Positions 50,901 through 62,135 of a stretch of DNA of 64,000 bases are shown here, in pieces (the stretch's first letter is position 1; the number at the start of each line of letters is the position of its first letter). The notes under the pieces were generated by a model. The model was not told the DNA's origin. It did no database searches and saw nothing but the letters and a program-made list of their open reading frames with translations. Made by a program: the position numbers and the translations under genes. The stretch comes from Bilabrum cf. latius (Eukaryota), in contig OZ237738.1 in the NCBI GenBank assembly GCA_965178125.1, forward strand, positions 1,054,001 to 1,118,000. The letters are read 5' to 3'.

Positions 50901-53900
50901 GGCCGTGTGCAGGGGCAAAATCGCAGAGGGAATCAATTTTGGGGACAACAGGGGCAGGTTGGCGATCATAACGGGCATTCCGTATCCGAATTTCACGGAT
51001 ACGTGGGTGCAGGTGAAGCGGAGGTTCCTAGACGAGCAGCTGGCCATGGCGCGCAGGCAATTCGCCATTGCAGCCAAGGGGGCAGGCAGCTCCGACATGC
51101 AGGTTAGAGATCTCCCGCCGTCCGGCTCGGACTGGTACGCCCAGCAGGGCATGCGGGCGGTGAACCAGGCCATCGGCCGCGTGGTGAGGCACAAGGACGA
51201 CTGGGCTTCCGTGGTGCTGGCGGACGAGCGCTTCGCCGAGAATGGCATCGCAAAGGATCTGTCTGAATGGCTGCAGCCCTTCATATACCGTGGTGCAGCC
51301 GGGGGCAGCGCTTCGACGATGGGGCTTGGGTCGGCCGCGCAGCCGTCTGCTGGACTCAAGAAAGAGTACGCAGAGGTAGTCAAAGTGACGCGAGAGTTCG
51401 TGCAGTCGAACCAAAGGCTGGAGAGATCAGCAGCAGCGGGATCCAGCGGCATCGGGGATCAAGTTGCACTGTTCGGCAGGAAAGATGATGATTCGGGTGC
51501 CGCTGCGGGCCAGCAGCACGGGAGAGGTGATCGGGACGGAGCTGGCGATCGAGCGGCGATGAGAGCCCAGCGGGAGCTCGAGGAGCTAGAGCAAGCCAAG
51601 GCCAAGGAACAGACGAGGAAGGCGATTGCCGAGCATCGGGCCAAGCTGCAGGCATCGGCTCCTGCTGGGCTTGCCGGCCTGCTCGGTGGTGCAGCTGGTG
51701 CTGTCGATGACGGCGGGGCCGGTAAAGGGTCATCCAGCTCGTCACAGTCTGCTGCTGCAAGTCGTCAGCAGGGCATGGACTCCAGCAGCGCAAGCGATGG
51801 TATGCTGGGTACCGGAGAATCTGGAGGGTAGATTGATGCCTTTGGTATCGTGCTGCGGGGGCCGAGCGACGCATCTCGCAAGACTAGAGCTTCACAGGTG
51901 GATCCACCTTCCGGGTCACAAGACACTGGGTGCGGAGCATCAGAGAGCCTGCTTGGTGGGGTCCAGCCGGCGAGTGATGCGAGCGACTCTGAGGGCGTAG
52001 CATGTGGCTCTGACGTCGACAGCGACTCGGGGGACGAGGAAGCGAGCAGGGCGGGCAGTGGGAAGTCTCCAGATGCAAAAAGCAGCGCCAGCCAGCGACG
52101 GGCTCCTGCAGCCACGTTGCAGAAGTTACCGGAGGGTGTGGATCACCCTCAAGGCGAAGAGAAACGCCCAGATGGGAGTACGGGCTCACTGAAGTCCCCT
52201 GCAAACGCAGGGCCGGCGGATGTGGACCCCCTCACGAAAGTGAAGCTGGTGCAAGACATGCTGGCGGGGTTCAGGGAGCTGCTCGCAGTCAAGCAGGGGG
52301 ATGCTGAGGAGGTTGCCTAGGCACTTCAACAGAGATATGCTCACTTTAAGGAGGTGCTAAAGTCCTTGTCCAAGGCAGACCTGTCGGTCAGCAGCCAAGA
52401 GGACCCCAAACAGGCCGGAAAGCGCATGCAAGATCTGTTGCTCGTGGTAGGAGTCATATGCGGCCTGCTCCCCCCCGTGGCACTCCCAGTAGGGGATTCG
52501 TTCTCCGAGCTGAGCGATGCCCTGGCAGCTGAGCCTGCCGAGGTGCTCTCCTCGAGGCTGGGCACGCTGAGGGTCCGAGGGCAGTGCCTCAAGCTCTTTG
52601 CCAAATATGCGGCGCTGGGCAGGGCCCAGGGCGTGGGGGATCAAATGAAACACGTGGGCCGGCTGGCGGCAGTCTACTGGCAGTCGAGGCAGGAGCAGCA
52701 GGCTCAGGACAAGGAGCGTGATGCCCAAACTAAGGGAACAGCAGGGGCGGCCCAATCGCGGCCGACTGGCTCGCAGCAACAGCAATAGAGGCACCATCAC
52801 GGATCGATGGCAAGCAACGCAGCTAACGCTGCATATTCATCAAGTACCGTAGCTCTGGCGCGACCGGCCAGCGGAAAGCCACCCTCGATTGTAGGGAAGC
52901 GGCCGAGGGCCGCCATGGATGCTGGCAGCAGCAGCAGCGGGATGCCCGTCACGCAGATTACCGGTGGTTATGCCAGTAATCGTAGCAGAACTACCGGGGT
53001 CGGTAGGAGTCGTGTGGCCAGCGGTAGCGGCAGTAGCAGCATAGGGGCAAGCCAGCGGTTCGGGTCAATGACAGCACCAGGACATGCCCTGGGTCAATCT
53101 GTCATTGACGGAGGCCTCGTCGATTTCGACGCGAGAGAAGAGGCTCGTTTGGCCAAGCGGCTGCGGACCAACGCACGGAAGCAGCAGGAAATCCTGAGGA
53201 TGTCACAGGTAGGCTCATCGTAGGCGGGGCCAATGCGTCCACAGCTGCCGGGCGAGTTGAAGACAGCAAGACAGGGATAGCTTGGATTTGGAGGGGGTGC
53301 AGCGGCCCGGCCTGCCGTAGGCAGCAGGACCGGAAGGCGCGATGGTGCATAGCCCGGGCAGTAGCTAGGCCCGCAGCCGAGTGGTACGAAGAAGGGCAGC
53401 AAAACGAAGCGAAAGGTAACTCCTTCTTCTCGGCGGTCTGCGGCTCTCCTTTCGGCTGCTTCTGGAGCGGGCGCTGCCATGGCGCGCGCGGGATCGAACC
53501 CGAGATAGGGACGGATTGCTGCGGGCATCGCTGCTGGTCTCGCGGGGACCTCTTCAAAGTCTCATGGCCACTCGTCACAGTCCCAAGGCCTCACGAGAGA
53601 CCTAATAACCGGTCGCGTGATTCGGCCCAAGGTACCGCTGGTGCATGGTGCTGTGGGTCGAGTAGAGCGTGCTGCAGACGCTTCAGCTTCAGCAGGCCAG
53701 CACCGGGACAAGGGAAGTTAGAAGGTCAGAAAGATAGATCCGATTGGACGTAGCATTGGTGCGGGTGCAAGTGCTGTCGCCGGTGCTGCGGCAGGTGGGC
53801 TGTTTCAGTACTCGCAGGCAAGCTCGCTGGCAGGTGGCAGTCTGTAGCGGACTGCTCCTGTGGGTGCACCAAAGATGTAGCCCGCTGTGGCAGGGAGTAG

Positions 53901-54105
53901 CCAACTGGAGGGCGATGATGACTCGTGTCCTATTTGCATGACGGGATACCGGTCGCTCGCCGAGCGCGGGGTGAAGAAGATGAAGGCGCGCAGGTGCGGG
54001 CACGTCTGCTGCTCGTCTTGCTGGAAGGGGTGGATCCGGCTCAAGATCGAATGCCCGCTGTGCAAGCAAATTGTGCGGCCCTAGCAACTAGAAGACGCGT
54101 CTTGA
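47954..54105 (+). CDS. RTEL1: RTEL1/FANCJ-family Fe-S DEAH helicase with C-terminal RING finger
   Basis: VEFPFSPY, LLESPTGTGK|TLCLLC..W(Q), RTHTQVS(Q)VVHEL, CPFY, IIDEAHNI, ILTSGTLSP, AVCRGKIAEGINF, RAVNQAIGRVVRHKDDW; RING CPIC..CGHVCC..C..CPLC. Intron 48098-48189; 14 TAG; TGA 54103-54105. Confidence 0.9.
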
Positions 54106-54264
54106 TGCTGATTTACAATGCCTGCAGCATGGTGGCTCAGCATGGTATTGTGTGATGAGTGTACCACACTTGGATCTTTGATGACCTTAAATCCAGACTT
54201 TCTCCCTATATCTGCGGTCTTTGCGACAGATAGACCCACGAGAGACATAAAAGTCAATACAAAT

Positions 54265-55065
54265 ATGTCATCATCGGCTGCTGTGGGAGCAAAACGGGCG
54301 CGAACGGACGGAGCTGGATCGGATGGGCCGGTTGTTCTGCACAGCTACTGGCGGAGCTCGTGCTCGTGGCGAGTGCGGATCTGTTTAGCACTGAAGGGAA
54401 TCCAGTACGATTACAAACCAGTGCATCTGCTGAACGATGGTGGCGAGCAGCTCAAGCCTGCATACGCAGAGAAGAATCCTATGAAGGAACTTCCTACCCT
54501 GGAGATCGATGGCCTTGAGCTTTGTTAGAGCATGGCGATCATCCAGTACCTCGAAGAAACTAGACCCGGGGATTCTGCACTCCTTCCAGAGTCCCCGGCA
54601 GACCGGTACCGCGTCCGTCAGATCTGCGATTCAATCGTGCAAGATACGCAGCCTGTGCAGAATCTTCGTGTGCTCAAGCGCGTGATGGGGTTCTTTGAAG
54701 GCGACGAGAAAACCAAACAGAAGCTAGCTTGGGGTAAATGGGCCATTGAGCTTGGCTTTGATGGAGTCGAGAAGATGCTCGAGAAGTCTGCAGGCAAGTT
54801 CTGCTTCGGAGATGCAGTGACGCTCGCAGACATTGTGCTTGTCCCTCAGGTCTACAACGGCAAGCGGTTCGGAGTGGACTTCAGCAAGTATCCTACGATA
54901 ATGCGAGTTCATGCAGCTCTCGAGCAGCTTGAGCCTTTCAAGCAGGCACACCCGGATCAGATGCCCGACGCGGTCAAGGCAGCGGCGCCAGCGCCAGCGC
55001 CAGCGCTAGCAGCGTCGTCGTCGTCATCGTCGAGCTCCTCCGCAGCCACGGGCGGAGGCCAATGA
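54265..55065 (+). CDS. GSTZ1: Maleylacetoacetate isomerase / glutathione S-transferase zeta
   Basis: LHSYWRSSCSWRVRICLALKG, NPMKELPTLEIDGLELC(Q)SMAIIQYLEE, QPVQNLRVL, HPDQMPD. The single TAG 54526-54528 is at the conserved QS Gln; ends in TGA. Confidence 0.95.
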
Positions 55066-55428
55066 GAGATAATCGTTGAATTTGAGCGGTTAATGATCCG
55101 CGCCTGTAGGCTGTCGCAGGATGTGATTGCGGGGGGGGGGGGGTGACGGCGAGCATGGCACCGCCGGCGTGCAGGTCAGCGGATGTGCGCAGCTGGGCTG
55201 GACAGGTTCAAAGCGATGATAACAATGCTATGAGACCCGAAGATGCAAACCCAGTTGAAGAGTTTGGTCTGAAAGGTTGTGTCAAGAGCGCACAGTGCGG
55301 TTGTAACCGCCTCGGCACCCCTGAGGCAGCCTGAGGCAGCAGTCGTGCTCGCATCTTGATTGCGATTGATTTCAGAGTAATCGCCCGCTCCAATTTCTGA
55401 AACCACGCAAGTCTGTATCTTGAGCTCA

Positions 55429-58395
55429 ATGGATGCTTTTCTTGCGTTTGAGCATAGACATGAGAGAAGCGCCAGCCACGATTCCGATGAGCTTGACGGC
55501 TCTGCTAGACGCCTTGTAGATGTTGCCCCTCCGGTTGGGTACATAGTAGAAGATTTCTTACTGAGTCGATCCGTGGCATTGCAAGCAGCCCTTGCGCGAC
55601 AAAGAAGAAGAGGAGCTCTGAGTCGAAATTTGTATCGGTTGTACGAGGACAGCTCAACGCACCAGCTATACAGGCAGCTCGTTCTTGCTAGCTACATGCA
55701 GATACTTCAGACACTCGTTATGTCATCTGTACCGTTGTCTGATAGGAATGAATGGGCCAGTAAGCTGAGTGACATTGTACTGAGCTTGCCGGAGGCCACT
55801 CAAGCACAGGCTGCACTGCTGCGCCGTCTTGCGGCCAGGGTTTGCCCACGAGACCCAAGGCTTCGGTCTGAAGTTTCGCCCTATCTTGCAGTCGGTTGTT
55901 CTTTCTCTGTGTGGTCCTACCTGGTCCTCATGTCGCCGAAAGGCCTTGCTGGTGTAGTGAAGTCCAGGACAAGCTCACCAGTAGGTGAGAGCAAGCAGCT
56001 GGACTTGAGCCAGCATGAGACCGACAGCGAGCCAATTGCAACTGCAGTGCTGCAATCTATCCATAGCTTGTTTTGTGGAACTCTGCCGATTGACCCGGTC
56101 CCTACACAGGCCCCCATTGGGGTGTGGCGAAAGCAAGCCATGCTGGCAGTTGGAGAGGCTCTCAACAGCAACAGCAAAGCCATCAACAGCAGCCGGTTCC
56201 CGGTCCTGTACTTGGACGAACATGACCATGTATTGTTCCGAAACGACGTAATTGACTCCATTGCTGCGACACTACGAGGTTCGAGTCGGAGGACTGATGC
56301 GACAGAAGACGCGAAGCGAGCCGTTTCCTAGGATATGGCGTCCGTGACACGCAGAGCATTCGATTCGGAGGCAACAATGGCATCTGTAGAAAAGAATGTT
56401 GGTCGTACATCCAGGACTGGCATATTCAAGCCGATCCCGCGGCCCACCATGCGAGACGCCCTCATGCATCTGCAGTCCGTCCGGGCCGCCAAGCTCAAGC
56501 AGACGGAAGTGCATTCAGCCGACGAAACTCACTCTCTGGGGCTGCTAGGTGAAGACACCAAACTGATGATGGATTGCATGCAGCCAGCCCAGGAAGCGCT
56601 GCAGCAAGAGCTGGCCCAGCTCGATCGCGAGGTTTCAGTACGCCCCAGCCCTGAGGAGATGAGGATCGCGCGGCTGGAGCGGGGGTGCGACCGCGCCGAG
56701 GAGGTCCTAAAGTACCGCGATGCAGCCCGCTCTGAAACAGCAAGACAAGGAGGGGGGGCGTCCATTCGCAAGGTGTCTACTCGATTGGTTGGATCTCCGC
56801 TGGCAGTCGCCTCCATGCGAGCCTGGAGTCTCTAGGGGTCAGGATTGAAGGGTGCGCCATGCAGACCATCGCCTGCAGAAACCAGTGCGACAAGGACGCA
56901 AGCAGATAGTGCAGAGCAATAGCGGCGATCCTCCACTCGTCCAAGCTTCCGGGCGACTAATCCAGCGCGGGGGGCGCTCAAGCGGGAGGTGCTCCGCATC
57001 CGGTAGTCGTCAAAGGCGAGCCAGACTGCAGATTGCGCGGACCGTCTTTTTGGCAGTATGTCGCTGCACTCGATGGATTATCGATCAAGCCCAATTCCAG
57101 ATGCATTGCAGAAGCAGAGTGCACCGCACAGCACCTTTCTAACTGAGGCTGACGCGGCCGGAACTCGGAACGGACCTGTGAGCGGTGATGCAGAATCGCC
57201 TGCCAAGGGAACGGACTCGTTCGTGGACGAGGCCATCGCCTTTGGGGACGATACTTCGTTGAACGTGGCCACTCATCGCAGCAGCTCAGACCTGCTACGG
57301 CAACCACCAGTGCCTGGTGGCACGGAGCAGCCGGCTCGATACCACCGATCTGGGCCCACTCGACCTCACATTGATGCAAGCAGTATCGTTGCAGCCTGCG
57401 GTGCAGCCGTTGTATCGTCAGGGGCAGGAGGACATGGCAGCATTGATGCGTCAAGCCGTAGCAGCCGCTCATTTGTCGCAGGTAGACAGACGGTGCCGGT
57501 TCAGTACCGTTCGGCTTAGCTGTCGGTACGACTGACATGTACCGGCTAGCTAAGTGTAGGTGGTGCCCCCACCCGCACCCGCATATCAAAAGCCCAGGCA
57601 AGAGCTGCCAGCATCCGCAGACGGCTCGCACTGACCCAGAAGGTATTCGCCCTGATGAAGGAGGGCAAGTCAATGGGAGACGCATGCAGTATTGTCGCCA
57701 AGCAAGCCAAAAAGGCGAGACAGTCGATGAAGCGCAGGCAGCAGTCGAAGCCTGGTGGCGGTGCAGCTGGTAGCAAACAAGGCAGCTACCAGCTACAAGA
57801 CACGATAGCATCTGATGGCTCGAGTGCAGGTTGGGGAACAGTCATGGCCGCGTATGGTGTGGGCTCAGATGCTGGCTCGAGATCCGCGCACCATGGCAAG
57901 GAGACTGCAGTCCTGTCGGCCAGTAGCTTATCCTTATTGCGCGATGAGGTAATCGAATCATGCGCTGGCCTCAGCGTGCTCGACACGGCTGTCTTTGAAC
58001 AAGACCAGCGTTCTCTTAGGCAGCTTCTGGCCGACTGCGAGCGTGAGGAGAAAGCCGAAACCAGGCGCCAAAATGGACACATTCCCGACACCAAAGTTGA
58101 CACTGTTCTAAACTGCGGCGGCACCGAGGCCGCAGGCCTTAGCAAGAGAGTACTGAGCTCACTGCGTGGCTCCTAGGAGGTCTACAGGCAAGCTCGACAG
58201 GTAGTCAGGTCCATCCGAGCAGACTCGCTGCAGCACCAGAAACGGATCGCAGGTGCCAAGCGGAAGGTGATGAGCAGTCCACAGCGGTTGGTGGAAGTGG
58301 CAGCATTGCGAAACGCGGAGGCCAGATACGAGCAGGAACGCAAAGAGGAGGCCATCCGGGTCGCTGTGCGCAGGATGAGGATGGAGGCACTGTGA
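55429..58395 (+). CDS. Hypothetical protein (~988 aa)
   Basis: One frame open from ATG 55429 through 7 TAG to TGA 58393-58395; no recognised domain. Confidence 0.65.
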
Positions 58396-58733
58396 CGCCT
58401 GCTACGAAGATCGGATGCAGCGAGGGCACACGTGCTCTCCACACGAGAGTCATGGTCGCAGCACACCCAGCTTAGGATTAACGTCCGCTCTAGAAGTCTG
58501 CAGCAAGGCTAGAGCCAAGGACAAGACTGGAGAGGCGCTGCACCAAGTACTACCCGCGACTTAGACGGATGGGCATCGCAGACTGGCCTTGTGGCATCAT
58601 CCTAGATGGTGCAGTCGAAACTTGAATTCACCTCGATACGCGTGCAGCAATACGCAAGCAACAATCACCGTGATCCCTTGCGAGGCCTCGGCATCAAAAG
58701 AAGCGCAGGGGTTTTCTCGCACCATCCTGGTCG

Positions 58734-61574
58734 TCAGCTGATGGTGCAGCAAAACGAGGCCTTGTCGTCGAATAACTTGTCCATCCCGCCCCCGAACTGT
58801 TCTTGATTCATGAGAAACTCCACAAACTCTGCCTGCTGCGCCTGCAGGTTGGTGGCCTCCCACTCCTCAAAGCGACGGTTCTCCTCGTCGTCAAGAGAAA
58901 CGCTCTCGTTCTCGCCCTCCCGGCCCACGATCGCGTCCTGGCTCGCGGCATTGATGTTCTGGTCAGGCACGAAGGGCGCGTCCAGCTGGCCGGATTCCAT
59001 GAGCCCCCAGTCGATCGGGTCAAACCATGGATGGTCCTTGATTTCCCATATGCCATTCGCACCCAGCCGCTTCCCAGGGTCTCTCTCTAGGAGCCCCTGC
59101 AGCAGCGATGTGCATTCCTTGGAGAAGATCCTCGAGTCGTAGCTCACCTTCATGTGGAGCGTCGCGAGATCGATGGCCCGGTGCCTATCTCGGTGCAGTG
59201 CGCGCGCCTGCTCCGTTCGAAATGGATTCTTGCCGTATATGAACTCGTACAGCACGCACCCATACGACCAGAAATCCGCAGTGTACGTGTAGTACTGCCT
59301 CTTGCCGTTGACTCGGACGAGCATGTCGCCCGGCATGTACCCCCGAGTGCCACACCTGCCCATGAGATAGCCGTGCTTGGGCACGTGCGTGGCCAGGCCC
59401 ATGTCAGAGATCCTGCAGTGGCCTTGCTCGTCTAGCAGCAGGTTCTCTGGCTTGAGGTCTCGATACATGACCCGCATCGAGTGCAGGTGTTCGATCCCCA
59501 GCAGCACCTGGGCCGCATAGAACCGGGCTCGATCCTCCGAGAACCGCCCGGCCCGCTGCAGATGATACGACAGGTCTCCCCCAGTCATACAGTCCAGGAT
59601 TAAATACACGTAGTGGTTGTCCTGGAAGGCATACTTGAGCGATACAACGAACGGGCTGTCCACGCGTCCCAGGACCAGCCGCTCGTTCCAGCATAGATCG
59701 ATGGCCCCTTTCTGCCTGATCCTGTGCTTGCTCATCTTCTTCATGGCGTACAGCTTGCCCGTGTCCTTGCGCTTGCACGCGTGCACAGTGCCAAACCCGC
59801 CGCGGCCCAACACCCGAAGCAGCTCAAAGTCACTGGCTTCGATCCTCTCGCTCAGCTTCGCGCTTAGCCTCATGAACCGGTCGAAGTGGATCGAGGCGCG
59901 GAAACTGGGCCAGAAACGCTCTCTCAGGGCAAAAAGGACCGTGTCACGCAGGGTGTCGAAACAGTGCGACGGCACTCCGTCCAGCAGAGGCGCCTCACCC
60001 TCACCGCCGCTGCTGCTCCCCAAGCTGCCCGCGGGCCGCAGCACGGCTGCATCGTACTCTGCAGTGCCTCCCGCCGATGCCACGGCTACTCTCAGCTGGT
60101 GATCGATCATTCGCACGAGTGCCACGATCACAGGACCGCTCACCAGGATTGGCGATGCGTCGTCCCTGCACCTGCGGAATATATCGGCGGCCGATGCATC
60201 GCCGTCAGTGCTGTCTGCACCCCTGGCAGCACGCCCGGTCGAGGCCCCTCCGCGCGCAGTCTGCCTGGCATCCCTCCCGCTGGTGCTAGCCATACCGAAC
60301 TCAGTCGACGCCGCACCCGCCCCGCCGGGCTTCGCACCACCCACTGCCCGCCCACCTGGGGACAAGGCCGTGGCAGATGACCTCGCGGCAAGCATCGCGC
60401 TGTGGTCCGCGACGGCGGGGCTTCCCATCGCTGAGGAGCCTTCCATCGCCGGGGTCGTGGTGACTGCGGGGCCACGGACCTTCTGACCCGCCGGGCCGAT
60501 CGTCGTGGACTGCGGGTCGCCGCTGGGTCCGACGGCCGTTGAGGTGCATCCGGGCCTTTCGTCCGAGGAGCCAAGGAACCCCCCCGCTTCGGGTTCCCAG
60601 TCCTTCGTGCTAGCTGGCCGCGCTCCGGCCTCCTACTCTACCCAAGTGTCCCCATCCCTCCTACCCTCGTCTGCCTCGCCTATTGATGTGGCGCGCTCCT
60701 GCGCCTCGAGCAGCTTGTCAGCAGGCGGATACTCCCCGGCGTCCGCCTCCCGTTCCGGCTGCGGCTGGCTTCCAGCTCGCAATCCAGCAGCAGTCTAATT
60801 TTCTCTCCTTGCCATTCGCTGGATGTCAATGGATTCGTGGCGAGCACCATCTGCAACGGAAGCGAGTTGGGCCTCTGTCCGCGGACCCTCGCTGAGCTAG
60901 GTGGCAGCCACGGACCCATCCGCTCTTTGCTTGCTATCAGTTTCCAGCTGTGCTGTTGGTAGAGTATCATCATACCCCGACACTGCGCGGCCTTCCTGCA
61001 TGGCAGATATATGCTGGCGGTCCGAGTCCGATAGGGATGGACCCAGATACCTGCTCTTGATGTGGGCCGCTTGTCGTAATCGTAACCCTGGGGTCTCGAT
61101 TACACTAAACGCTTGAACTTCTTCCAGAAATTCAAGCGCAGAAGCATCGGCTTCCCTTCTTAAGTACTCCTTAAACTGCGGAAGAAACGGAAGGAACCGC
61201 TAATGCTGCTCTGTTGGGGCTTGGGAGCATGGTGGTTTCTCGTGTTACTGTCTGAATGGCAACTTTCTAAGTTCTGTTTTTACATCAGGACATTTAAGCT
61301 CTCAATAAGCGGCAGAATATCAGTCGAAGCAGACGTGTCGCACAGATATGTCAGCGCGAATTCCAGCGCCTCTCACCAAATAGTAGCCCAACGGTTCCCC
61401 GATTATTCTTTCAAACTCAAGAGGATGGCCCTGCATTGTCTCGATATTCTGTACGTACCGCTAGGCCTCCTCGCTTGAGGGCAACACCATGGGGGCAGAC
61501 GGTCGAGGGGCATGCGAAATGACTTCGGTGAGGTATCTAGCATCCTGGATAGCATCCTGCAACATGTCCACCAT
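58734..61574 (-). CDS. G-protein-coupled receptor kinase-like protein (alphaN helix, split RGS-homology domain, AGC kinase, C-terminal CaaX)
   Basis: Exon 1 MVDMLQDAIQDARYL..VLPSSEEA(Q)RY..FERIIGEPLGYYL|FKEYL parallels GRK2 MADLEAVLADVSYL..LLPEPS..MQKY..FEKIFSQKLGYLLFRDF. Intron 61176-61376. Kinase GRGGFG, YAMK, YRDLKPEN, ISDMGLA. Ends CCTIS-TGA. Confidence 0.88.
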
Positions 61575-62135
61575 AACAGCTCAGAGAGATCACACAGGCT
61601 GTAACGATAAGGGCAGGCCAATGGGTGTGCTTGGCCAATGGGTGCGCTTGGCCAATGACCGCTAATGTGCAAAACGATCGCAAGTGGAGGTGCCGCGCGG
61701 CGCCCGTGATGAGCGGCGTGGTCAGGCAAGCCGTCACGGTGTGTTTGGCCGACGAGCTAGTATTGCAGGACATGGACCTTCATCATAAGCCCGTCCATGA
61801 GGTGTTCTAGGCTTGGGCCGGGCCATGGCAGCGTTCATGCAGTCTTGGCTGGGGGGTATCTGCGCCCAACCGGGGGTTGCGATCATCGCAAGTCTACTGC
61901 CGCAAATGGTCAAGTAGAGCTATCTACACCAACTGAAATAATCCTTTGTTTGAGGCTTACGTTACTGGCAGCACGCAGACCGACCTTCACATCGGTAGAC
62001 CTGCGTGTATGCCCTTCCATGGCCACTCGCTGCTTGTTGGGTCCATTCAGCAATCCAGAATCCAGAATCCACACGGACAGCGGCGGGTCGCATGAGGCCT
62101 CTCCGCAGGCTAGCTGCATGGGCCATTCCGCAGGC

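Noticed and set aside
55131-55143. G13 homopolymer / possible G-quadruplex
   Set aside because: An isolated homopolymer in a 3' flank; its length is unreliable and there is no functional evidence.
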